Shown: positions 47,301-58,254 of the stretch, one piece after another
How the letters are laid out: each line of letters opens with the position of its first letter
How positions within the stretch are numbered: position 1 is the first letter of the stretch
Assembly: GCA_973895155.1 (NCBI GenBank)
Contig: OZ316895.1
Span: 13,441,186 to 13,505,185 of the forward strand
Direction: 5' to 3'
DNA: 64,000 nt
Source: Marsupella aquatica
Lineage: Eukaryota; Plantae; Marchantiophyta
Made by a program: the position numbers and the translations under genes
Notes under the pieces: model-generated
The model's database searches: none
What the model was told of the DNA's origin: nothing
Seen by the model: only the letters and a program-made list of their open reading frames with translations

Positions 47301-48694
47301 ACAGGTGCCGAAGAGCGGCTGGTGAAGTATGGTTGACAAATTTATTGAAGTCTAATCATACAAAGGAGAGTGAGATATTGCCAATGACATTGGTGATGCG
47401 TCTAGATGATATTTACTGTTAGAAGTTTGGCGGTGGGACAAGTTCTCGGACTCAGCCATGGGTCACATTTTTTAGTAACAATCTAATGAAGACAGTGGAT
47501 CCGGAGTCGTTGGAAGAACAATCTCCAACATGCCCCCTTGCGATTGTTGATTTCAGCCGACTTCAACAGAAGGAGTGGACTGAAGCAGAGATTTTGGTCA
47601 TCTTCCAATATATAGTAGAGCTACCACGGAATCCCACCATTGTTGTGATGATAACTGTCCATCCAGGTTATCTTGTACTGAATGTCCTAAGCGCTCTTCG
47701 TAAATTAGGACATTCAAAAACTTTAAGCATTCACATTGAGTATGGGAGTTATTCTCGAGATGATCAACCTCACCCTCATGACTCATGTTGGAAGGGAGGA
47801 ATAGAAGAAGTTATCTTTGCGGGAATTTCTCACGAAGAGAACGTCAGCTGGGATGAAGTGTTCAAGCCCAACCAGATGAAGCCAAAATGGGTGTACGGTG
47901 AAAAGGATACTGATTTCGTGGTTGAGAAGGTCAAGGGAAAGGGAAAGGCAAAGGACGCGGATGAGGAGTCATTGCATGAAGATCTAAGAAATATGATGAC
48001 CCAAAAAGAGGCGGCAATACTTCTGCACATGGCACCTCGATTTGAGACTGTCGGCGCTCGGGGTGGGTGGGTGAATCCTCACGCCAAACCCACACGGATG
48101 ATCCAAAAGATCATCCAAACACTGTCTGAGCCGGGGGATTTTATTCTTGACTTTTTCTCTGGCGGTCAAGTGATGAAGGCATCCCTTTTTTCTCAACGTG
48201 AATGTTTTGTTTATTGTGACTCTCAACATGAGAGACATTTTGTGGAAGCATACGCTTCGTTCCTTTGTGAGAAGGTTCCCACCATCAAAGATCGTTATGA
48301 TCGCTATGTCGGTGGAAGTTCTAGACATTGGGAACCCTCTTCTGCCGCTGTTGCTATTGAGGATGAATCAGATGGTGATCAAGAAGATGGAGCTGACCAA
48401 TCAGTCAAAGACGATGGGCCATCGGAGGGGGCATACGTGAAGAATTTGGATGACCGAGTTGGCGAGGGTGAAAATATTGACCTTGTGGAAGACGATATGA
48501 TTGTTGGATCTGCACCTTGCAGTTCACCAATTACAGATGTTGCCCCCATGGGCCCCAACGAGGGCCAGTATGATGATAACTTGGATAGAGATGGTCTCCA
48601 TCCACAAGTGCCTGGACAAGAGATGGAAGTTGATACTTTTGAAAAACTTTCTTCAAACAACCTTCTCAATCAAAGGTGCGGAGAGGCATGGTGA
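44327..48694 (+). pseudogene. S2 ParB-like plus degenerate beta-class DNA methyltransferase fusion gene
   Basis: Exons 44327-44456, 44975-46560 and 46835-48694 with phase-compatible GT-AG introns. ParB-like YRMLSSTHVKHIAESM...FAISGQHSARA. MTase motifs X and I: VNPHAKP...SEPGDFILDFFSGG. Motif IV is degenerate (AIVDFS). One in-frame TAG at 47420. Confidence 0.75.
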
Positions 48695-49202
48695 GTCCAA
48701 TGAACTCGACACATTGGGATTGAGACCACAACCCATCCAAATAGCTTACATTCCCGTGAATGAAGCAAGTGCATCCACGACTGCTGACAACCAGGCAGGT
48801 GCTTCAATTTGTCCCAATACACTCTTTTTCGCTTCTGATGACAAATTGGTGTTTGTTCGATCACAATCAAGAAGTCCCGTTATCCTTCCACTCTCAAAAA
48901 AGAAAGGGAAGAGAGTAGGATCAACTAGATATAAGTCACTTGAATATGATTGTTACGTGTGGAAAAGTGGACCCAATGTAGGAACTGAAGTTGCGTTGGA
49001 TGCTGCTCAATCAATTTTGAACAATGACTCATACAAAAAGCACAAGAAAGATCCAACTTATAGAAGTGGAGAATTGGGATTGATAACTCCGGTTTGGTCT
49101 GCACCTTATTGGGTAGAGGAGAGTACCTCTGATGTCAATTATGAGATCCAACAAGAACTCGGTGATGATATCTTGATTGATGAATATGGATCGCATTGTT
49201 AG
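48501..49202 (+). CDS. Probable frameshifted continuation of the S2 cargo gene; unknown function
   Basis: 233-aa frame overlapping the end of the MTase ORF. Confidence 0.4.
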   Translation: MLDLHLAVHQLQMLPPWAPTRASMMITWIEMVSIHKCLDKRWKLILLKNFLQTTFSIKGAERHGESNELDTLGLRPQPIQIAYIPVNEASASTTADNQAGASICPNTLFFASDDKLVFVRSQSRSPVILPLSKKKGKRVGSTRYKSLEYDCYVWKSGPNVGTEVALDAAQSILNNDSYKKHKKDPTYRSGELGLITPVWSAPYWVEESTSDVNYEIQQELGDDILIDEYGSHC

Positions 49203-49454
49203 CCAAGGTCTAGATTGAGCGATGTGACCTTATCAATTTGATATAATATAGTCTGTATAATTATACTTCAAGTTTAACAATTAGAGCATCAGTATCAATA
49301 TCCATCTCCTCTTTACGGTTTCTCAATGAATCTGATCAGTATGGCGATATATTTTCTTTGTGGTTGGCCACTTGTGTTGGATTGACAGAGATGATCTCTA
49401 TCCAAACTTCAAATGTGGTTTTATCTCTAAGATTGGTATTTGTTGCACTTGCAG

Positions 49455-50491
49455 AACCAAGACCTTGTTCCATCAAGCGCAAATTGCTGATTTTGGATCT
49501 TAACAAAATACTTTGGGATTCAGTTGAATTCCAAAGCAAGGGCAAATCCAGAAATGTTGTGATCCCAAGTGGAGTGCATTGGGATAGAAAAAATGGAATT
49601 AGTCGCATGTACACAGAAAGGCCAGGGCTCCATGAGTTTCTAAAGTTGGTTTTTGACCGATTTGACGTTGCAATTTGGACATGTGCTGGGGTACATCGAA
49701 CAGTGAAAATGCTGAACATGATGTTCACTGCTGAGGAGCGGTTGAAACTTAAGTTTGTATTCACACAAGTGGAAGCCTTTGACACAGGCATCCAAAGGCG
49801 TGACATTACAAACGGAAAGGCAAATGTGCTACTGAAGGATTTTTGGGTGGTATGGAGTGGATTTGGAAATCTATATGATGAAACCAACACCCTCCTTGTG
49901 GATGACTCCCCCCTTAAGGCATTTGCCAACCCAAGCATGACCGGACTATTTCTAGTGCCCTACATGCATGCCAATGGTGGAGATAATTTTCTTCTAACAA
50001 TTCTTTGGCCTTGTCTTGAGAAACTATCCCATGCAAGTGACATTAGATGTTATCTTCTTCTTAACTCTCCACTGTGGTCTCTATTGCACATAAAGAGAGA
50101 CAAGGTAAAAAATGAAATTACTTATGATCAACTTAGTAAGAGATGCGCAACAAAAATTTGGAAGTCACAGTTTACGCATAGTGTGTTGGACCTCAATAGC
50201 AATGAGATTCCTTGGAACGTGAAGCATCGTATATGTAGTTTACGTCTTGAGGCAGAACTTGACGATGCACTTGTCACGTCACTTGCTAAAGCATTTGTAG
50301 GAAGGGACTATTCAGGTCCGCATAGAGAAAATCCCAGACACTTTTTGCGGGAGATTATAGCCATTAGGAACAACACCACCAAGTTTCAGCTCCGTGAAGA
50401 TAAAGGGACTTGCAACCGTGACACTAGGGTAGATAGTAAAGGAGACAGGGGCACGTGCTCAAATACACATTGTAAGGAGCACTTTGTTTAG
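49455..50491 (+). CDS. FCP1/NIF-type HAD phosphatase-like protein carried by S2
   Basis: KRKLLILDLN, RPGLHEFL...FDVAIWT, LLKD and NTLLVDDSPLKA..NP. Splice acceptor TTGCAG at 49454. The DxDxT motif is non-canonical (DLNKI). Confidence 0.82.
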
Positions 50492-50900
50492 AGATATGAC
50501 TCATGTTAAGCCCCTTAGATAGAAGAAATACATTGTAAATTTGGAGATAATTGTATATTATTTTATAATCTATTTGGAGTTATGTCATTTTGTTCACACA
50601 TATTCAAGGGTTTATTTGTGCTAAAATGTTTTTATAAGTATGATCTCTATCCTACTATTCTTTGTGAATTCATAAATAATGATCTATATCCTATTATTCT
50701 TTGTGAATCAATAAATGATATAATATGTATTATTTATTAATATAATACTTATATGATTTGGCCTATAAAGTGTACATTTAGAGACCAAAAAGTGTACATT
50801 TGGGTTTCTTAAAGTGTACATTTGGGGACATGAAAGTGTACATTTCAAGACTGATTTGTGAACAAAAGAAAATACACTTTTAATGAATAGGCTGATGCAT

Positions 50901-53900
50901 CCATACCTGGTAATAATGTTTTCAAATAAGAAACTGGCGGCTGTGGCAGCATCATTCTTCCTAGTATGCTTAGCCTCCACCCATTTGGTGAGGTAGTCCG
51001 TAGCAAGAATGATATATCTGCTTCTACTTCTTCTAGCAGCAGGGGAAATGGGGCCAATAAAGTCTATCCCCCATTTTTCAAATGGAGATAGAGGTAAAAT
51101 GGGAGTTAAAGGCCATTTTGATGTGGCCGTAGGCTTCCCTATGCGTTGACAAGGGTCACACCTTTGAATATAGTTATAAGTGTCCTTGTGCATGGTAGGC
51201 CACCAAAATCCAGCATCCTTAATTTTCTTAACAGTTGTATTAACGGCATAGTGTCCACCAGAGGCTTCAGTGTGTAAGGCTGAAATTACCTTTGGAACTT
51301 CTTGAGCTTCCAAGCAACGATGAAGTCTCTGATTTGGTAATAATTTAAACAAAACCCCCCTCACGATAGTATATGGTCCGACTTTGTATAGGAAAACAGC
51401 TTTTTCTTCTGCATTCAAGCCTGGTGGATAGAATCCATGAGTAAGCATTTGAACAATGTCAAAGTACCTTGATTCTTCTCCCTCCAAATGCCATAGCTGC
51501 TCGTCCGGAAATTGATCAGACAAAGGTTCAACACTAGGATCTCCAGGAAGTCGGGATAGGAAGTCTGCATTCTCATGGTGTTTCCCGGCTCAAACCTGCA
51601 CTTCATAATCATATTCTTGTAAAAGAAGTACCCACCTAGCGATGCGCCCACTTAAATCTGCCTGATTCACCAGGTATTTCAGAGAAGAATGATCCGTATG
51701 GAAAATGGTTTTATAACCCAAAAGATAGTGTCTGAACTTTTTACAAGAGAAAATGACCACTAAGGCCTCCTGCTCTGTGATCGTATAATTTTTTTCAGCA
51801 CTATTAATTTGCCTGCTGGCATAATATATTGGGTGATCTTTCTTTTCATCATCTAATTGACTCAAGGCAGCTCCAACACAAAAAACTGAGGCATCAATAT
51901 AAACATGAAAAGGTTTCTGCCAATCCAGCGGTTGTAGAATGGGGGCAACAGTTAGTTTGGTTTTTAAAATTTCAAAAGCTTTTTGCCTGTCGTTAGTCCA
52001 CACATATTTTGCTTCCTTTTTAAGAAGCTGAGTCAAGGGCATGGCAAGGTCAGCATACTTCCATATAAATTGTCTGTAATACCCCACATAGCCCAGGAAG
52101 CCTCGCAACTCCTTCAAATTCCCAGGGGGGTGTAATGCCAAAATAACCCAAACTTTCTCCACATCCACCTCAATTCCTCTTTGTGAGATAACATGTCCCA
52201 GTAGAATACCTTCCTTCATGCCAATGAAACATTTCTCAGGATGTAGACACAACTGTGACTCTCTGCAGCGCTGGAATGTTTGTCTTAGGTGATCCAGGTG
52301 TTGGTTGGCTGATCCATAAACGCAAAAATCATCTATAAAGATTTCCAGAAATTTTCTGAGAAAATCCTGGAAAATGATCATCATAATCCTTTGGAAAGTC
52401 CCAGGTGCATTACAGAGTCCGAAGGGCATAACACGGAAAGCGTAAGTTCCCCAGTCAGTGGTAAAAGTAGTTTTATCTATGTCCTCCTCTCGGATTGATA
52501 CTTGGTTATAGCCAGAGTACCCATCTAGGAAACTATAAAGTTCATGGAGAGCAACCATATCCAACATGAGGTCTATGAATGGCAAGGGATAATGGTCCTT
52601 CCTAGTAGCTGCATTCAGTTTCCTGAAATCTTGACATACTCGGATTTTCGGCTTCCCATCTGGTCCGGGTTTCTTTGGAACAATTACAATGGGTAAAACC
52701 CACTCACTGCTAAGTACCGGGTAAATAAAACCAGCATCGGTTAGCTTATCGAGTTCCTCTTTGACAAGCATGGAATATTTTGGGTTTAAACGATACTGTC
52801 TTTGCCTTACTGGAACTGCTCCTTCCATTAAATCAATTCTGTGCTCTCCTAGGTGAGGTGGTATTCCTTTTAAATCCTTATGGCTCCAGGCAAACACATC
52901 CTTATACTGAGTCAGCAAATCAATATATTTGTCTCTCAACTCTCCTTCAATATGATTACTGATATTTAAAAATTTTCCTGGTTCTATCTCAATCTTCTGG
53001 CATTTTTGAAGGTCTACAATTCCATCGGTTTCGTTTGGTGAAATGTCATCCCAGGAGAGCGTCTTGTTTATGTCCGAGTTTCCCATCCTGGTTTCTTCCT
53101 CTGCCCTCTGCTCATGTCAGGAGATAGGTGTGAGGGTCCCTTCACTTGGTGTGTCACCCTCTACTTCAAGGATATCGAGATACCCGACTTCCAGGGGTTC
53201 AAACTTGGGCGCTTTGATAAGGAGGGTAGAATCCGAAAAATCAGAGGTGTACCCATCATCTGATTGGGTTTCGCCCATATGGGGTTCATCCACCCAACTG
53301 ATAGTAACTCGGGGTTTCCCAAAGGACATCTGTCGTTGGTGCCAATCAACCTTGACTCTGGCTTTGTATAACCAAGGTCTTCCTAAGAGTAGAGGGTAGG
53401 AGGAGGGAACTTCAGGTCGGAGGACTACAAAGTCTAAAGAGAAAGTCAGTCCCCCAATAACTGTGTCGAGACCTATAAGTTTTCCTACGGGCACTACCCT
53501 GGATTGATCTGCCATCCGTAGTACTTGCAAGGTCTTCTTGAACTTATGGATTCCAATGTTGGATGTTGTTTCCTTTGTCATGATGTTTACACTTGACCCA
53601 CCGTCCACTGGTACTTTGGGTATTACACACCCCATGATCTGGACTTCGATTTCTAGGGGTCCCTTATCCTCCCATTCTAGTCTCAAGGCCTCGATAGAAG
53701 GTAGTTTCCTTCTTTTCCTCCTTCCTGTCAATAAGGTCCTTAACTGCTTTTTATAAGTGGGATTATCTTCTAATAGTTCCCCGATTGTAATGTTGGCAGG
53801 TTGATTTTTGACGATGTCCACGATATCATACCCCTTCGGCCTGAGTGGTGGTTCCATGGTCAGTTTGGGCTCGGGCCTCTTTATCTCTGAACGTACTTCC

Positions 53901-54199
53901 GTCCGTTCCCCTAGCAGGGGTGTATCCTCAGTTAACTCATGTATTTGAGTTTTAATCTCTTCAGATATATCAGGCTGAAAGTACTTGGGGTCATACCTGT
54001 TATATGCTGGGTCATCTTCTTTTGGGATTCCTTCCTCTGCTGGTATCCTTGTCTTACTCTTCTTTTTGGATGATTTCTTCTGCTTAGACCCCATCCTTAA
54101 TATGTTTCTTTTCGTGATGAGACTTGGATCTGGTAGTGACGTAAGTTTCCAGAACACGGTCCCGTTCTTGGACTCATTGGTTGGGCATCCCCACAACAT
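50901..54199 (-). pseudogene. Element A pol: protease, RT, RNase H and integrase N-terminus, with in-frame stops
   Basis: Motifs VPVDGGSSVNIM, LLGRPWL, KIRVCQDFRKLN, LDGYSGYNQ, FIDD, YIDAS, YYASRQ, HHCC and WGIDFIGP. Confidence 0.95.
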
Positions 54200-56333
54200 G
54201 ATCTTGTACTAAGTGTTCCACTTCAATATCTAGGATGATACCCGATAGATTCTGTGTATAAATGTTGCGCACCTCCTCTTCTCTTCCTGCTTCAATGGTT
54301 ACATGATTACATTGTTCCACATTTTCCTGGCTGTAGATCATTCTGACCTCCTCCGGCCTGGGTGCTTCCTTCACAGGTTCCTTAGCAAATCTCACCATCA
54401 TCTTTGGTTTTGGTGGGCTCGGGCACTCTAGAGGGAGGTGTCCTTCTTTTCCACAGTTGCCATAAATTGGGGTGTATCCTACTTCTCTCTTTGGGTATGG
54501 ACACTCTGGCGAATAATGCCCTGGTTGACCGCAATTATAACAAGTCCCTTGTACCCTTGGTGCTCCTCTAGGTGGATATCCTCCCGGAGGTCCCATCGGT
54601 GGTCTGGGCCCTGGTCGATTAAATGAGGATGATCCTGCTATTTTCTGCTGAGTCCATGCAGTTGGTCCCGCAGCTGGAGGGAAGTATTGCCCTGCAAATG
54701 GTGCCTGGACTGCATAGATATCTCCATAATCTATCAACTCTTCCTCCTCTCCATAATTGACAGCTCGTTGTAATGTGGGGCACTCGTGGTGGTAGTGTCC
54801 TTGATTATTGCAGCGTGTGCACCAAACATTATTTCAAATGGTAGGTGGCAATTTTCTAGTTGGTTTATAGATGGCCGCATTCATCGAGAGTTTGTTTAAC
54901 TTACTCGTTAAGGAATCCATCATTTTATCCAAGGTTTTAGCCTTTTGCGGCACTATACTTTTCAGCATCCTTTTTGTCTTGGTATCTACATCATCCAAAC
55001 TTGAGCTGTCGCTTGTACTACTGGTAGAGCTTGAGTCGGAACTTGTTCCCTCAGTACTGGTGGTGTCACCATCATCAGACTCTGAGCTTGATGAAGACTT
55101 CGTCTTTTTCTTTTTCTTTTTCTTTTTCTCTTTCTTTTTGCCCTTTTTCAAGTCCTTCTTAACTCGTTTCTTCTCACAGACTTCAGAGTCCATATATTTT
55201 TGGGCTGCTTCCTGTGCCTCTTCAAAAGTTGTACCACCTTCCCTTCTCACATATCATGCAATTCGGGAGGGAAGTCCGTTGATAAACCAATCTCTCGTGG
55301 TAGATTTAGCTGTATTGGGATTGTATTTGTCCACCAGGTCCAATAATTTATCTGCATACTTCCTGACTGATCCATGTTTCTTCATGGTGAGTTGAGAAAT
55401 TCTGGCAAAGGCTCTTGCCTCAACACCATCCTCCTTATACTTGTCCAGAAAACCGGTCTTCGTTTTTCCCCAATCATTCTTGTCTGGGAATCGATCATAC
55501 CATTTTGGGGCATTTTTCTTCAATAAGCCTCCGAAAATTGTGGCTTTTTCAGCGTCTTGGGTTTGCCCATTTGAGGTGGCTGCAGCTTCAAATTCTTTTA
55601 GGAAGGTTTCAGCATCCTCCTTGGATGTTCCTTTAAAGGTATCATAGCGAATATTGTTTCGAGCCATTTGAGTTCTTCTTACAGGAACCAAGATTAAATT
55701 GATTGGAGGAGTGGTTCCCAAAGATTGTGAACTAGCGCTGGTGACTGATCCTTGAGACGTCAATGGTGAAATTGAATTTAAGGAATTGGGAGTGCTTATC
55801 GTGCTAAGGCTGCTGCTAGCACTTCCATAACCAAGCGAGGGAGGTATCTCTACTAATTTTGCAGATTCGTCAATGGGCGTTCTCTGAAGCGAAGGTGCGT
55901 CAGAGTTAAATTTTAAAGATTCAATTTGCTGAATTCCTCCCCCAATTATACTTTCATGCCTTGTATTGGTAATCTTTTCTGTTCCTATTATCTGCAACGC
56001 AGGTGTACCCTCATATTCATCCAAGCTTTGCGTTCTTCTTAATGGTTTGACAATGCCAACTCCTTTCTTTTTAGGCTTGGGTGAAATGTATTGCACATCT
56101 CTGGAGCGTAATTTATAAATTACAGATCGACTTGTTGCAGGCTTGTCCACTGTCCCTTCTATTTCATTTTGTTGGATGAGGGTGACTCTTTCCGCTACAT
56201 GTCCCGGTGTTGGGTAATCTGGGGATTGGAATTCGGGCAATAGTTCCCTAGGATTAAAGGGATCTGGTGGGGCTTCTGATCGTGCTTTGTCTTCTCGTCT
56301 TAATCTCCAACTTTGCTTCCCTTTATCCGACAT
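54174..56333 (-). pseudogene. Element A gag with three zinc knuckles and two in-frame stops
   Basis: FKGTSKEDAETFLKEFE, WFINGLP, CTRCNNQGHYHHEC (~54781-54822), CYNCGQPGHYSPEC and (Y)GNCGKEGHLPLEC. Confidence 0.9.
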
Positions 56334-57076
56334 CCCACATTCTAAGGGTTGATCTTCCTTGGTGGTAGGCTATGGCGTCGGGTTGACCCTTAGTCTTTCT
56401 TGAACCGTCTCCCTTAGCAGGAACAATCGCGTCCCTTGGTATCGTGCCTTTTCCGCTGGGGTCTTATGGGCGGTATGTCCGAACAGTCAGAAGACTCAGT
56501 CGCGAGTCAAAGAGACGCAACATTGACTCGTAACTCCTCAACCTCAAAAATGTCAACCCGTCAACTTGTAAACACATAAATTTGTAGAGACGTAAAGGCA
56601 TAAAGGCGTAAACGTAAAGTCATAACTCCGTAAAATCGTAGAGTCGTAAACCCGTAATGTTTTACCTGTAATGGCGTCTCCTCATTTTACGGTGGTGCCC
56701 CTTGGAAAGTGTCTCTCCCCTGATTGGTTTACAACCAACTTTGGCTCGTCCTTCCTTATCTGAGTCTTCTATTTTGATTTTGCAATATTGTTCTAGCTAA
56801 TTCTTGTATGGAGATAAGGATATACTCCTCTCCAGTAACTTTAAAATAACCAGATGCAAAGCTACTCCTTCCCACCAGGTAATACTCAACCAATGAATAC
56901 CCCTCCTTCCTTTTAGGGACAATACCCATGTTTGAACATACCAATTATGCAAATTCCTTACTCTCACAGTGCCTAAAGACCTGATCAGAGGCATTTCAAT
57001 TATTTTGCCACATTGCTTATTCAAAGTTAGAATCAAGGTTTTACTTTGGAGAAATCCCCCCTTCTGTTGTCCTCTT

Positions 57077-57937
57077 TTATGCTGAGGTCCGGTAGTTATT
57101 CAACAAATTTTCTAGAGTGTCCAGGTCATCCACCCAAGGGTGTTCAACAATGTGTAATTTTTCCAACACCTCCTTGATTCTCAGTTCTTCTTCTCCAGTA
57201 ACCCAGTTACTAATTTGTCCATTCTTGCTTATTACAAATTCTAAATCATGTTCTTCCTTAATGGGCTGCAACTTATATTCCTCATCATCAATCCAAACTC
57301 TCTTAAAGACTATTACATCAGTCAATTTAGAACATTGAGGGAGGGTGGAGGTCCATTTAAAGGATGCTCTTTCTGTACTTAAATCCCTCCATTTTAACAA
57401 AGCCCATCCACTTCTGGCTTGCCATTTACAAGTGTCAACCAACTCCCTTCTATTGGAGGTCATAACCGGTCTTTCCTCCCGAAGTATTAAATTGGGATTA
57501 TCTTGATAAAACTCTGTTAAAACATAATCAAGTTGGTTCCTCCATAAGGGATCCCCTTTTAATCTTGCCAATGCTTTCCTTAATTGATACTCAAGTTCCT
57601 CCTCCAATATTTCCTCCTTAATGTCATGTTCTTTTAGTAAGGGGGAAATAAAATTGGCATCAAATTCATCATCTTGAGTGGCTTCAATCAATTCCAGTCT
57701 TCCATCTATGGCTCTTCTGAAAATAAACACACAATCATACAGAATATTGGTGTCCCATGAGTCAACCTTCACCAATTCGCCACCCCAAAAGTAACTTCCT
57801 CCTCTTTGGTTGGACGCTTGCCTTCTCAAAATAGTTGTTCTATCTTGTGCAGTGGCACTGATAATCGTGTGGGTTTGATTATCCCTAGACCTAATTAAGG
57901 CTCTTTCTCTTTTCTGAGGTCTGCTTTTCCTCACCAT
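57077..57937 (-). CDS. Extra ORF between the PBS and gag of element A (286 aa, unknown function)
   Basis: Intact sense-strand frame starting ~290 bp after the PBS. Confidence 0.65.
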   Translation of the reverse strand: MVRKSRPQKRERALIRSRDNQTHTIISATAQDRTTILRRQASNQRGGSYFWGGELVKVDSWDTNILYDCVFIFRRAIDGRLELIEATQDDEFDANFISPLLKEHDIKEEILEEELEYQLRKALARLKGDPLWRNQLDYVLTEFYQDNPNLILREERPVMTSNRRELVDTCKWQARSGWALLKWRDLSTERASFKWTSTLPQCSKLTDVIVFKRVWIDDEEYKLQPIKEEHDLEFVISKNGQISNWVTGEEELRIKEVLEKLHIVEHPWVDDLDTLENLLNNYRTSA

Positions 57938-58225
57938 CTCTTGCTTGGAAAGGATATTCCCCTACTAAGCACCACTTAATCTTTCCTTCTTGGCCTTAGC
58001 TCTCCTCTTTCTTTCCAAAATTGTGGCAGGATTTTCTCCTCCAATCCTTTCCCTAAATGCCTCGGGTGCATTTTCCACTGTATAAGGTCAAATTTCTAGC
58101 CTTGGAATTGCCCATTCTCCAATAGGTTCCATGGTGGCAATCACCCTTATTTTATTCCATCATTTTTACTGAATTAAAACCTTCTTTTGGCATTCACTGC
58201 CTGTACTTCAAACCTTCCTTGATTT

Positions 58226-58245
58226 GTTCCCCGGCAGCGGCGCCA
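58226..58245 (-). other. Primer binding site complementary to tRNA-Asp
   Basis: TGGCGCCGCTGCCGGGGAAC, 9 nt inside the LTR end; Athila-type PBS. Confidence 0.9.
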
Positions 58246-58254
58246 AAAATCTCA

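Larger units (their letters stand above)
34459..50896. mobile_element. Giant DDE DNA transposon S2 (Sola1-like), 16,438 bp including a 3.3-kb solo LTR
   Basis: 26-bp TIR ATCAGCCTATTCATTAAAAGTGTATT. 4-bp TSD GCAT (34455-34458 and 50897-50900). Excision restores the integrase sequence RYGCPLELVSD. Confidence 0.94.

Noticed and set aside
54871-55395. Hydrophobic poly-Phe membrane protein ORF
   Set aside because: Antisense shadow of the Lys/Ser-rich gag segment; the other short antisense ORFs were rejected on the same basis.
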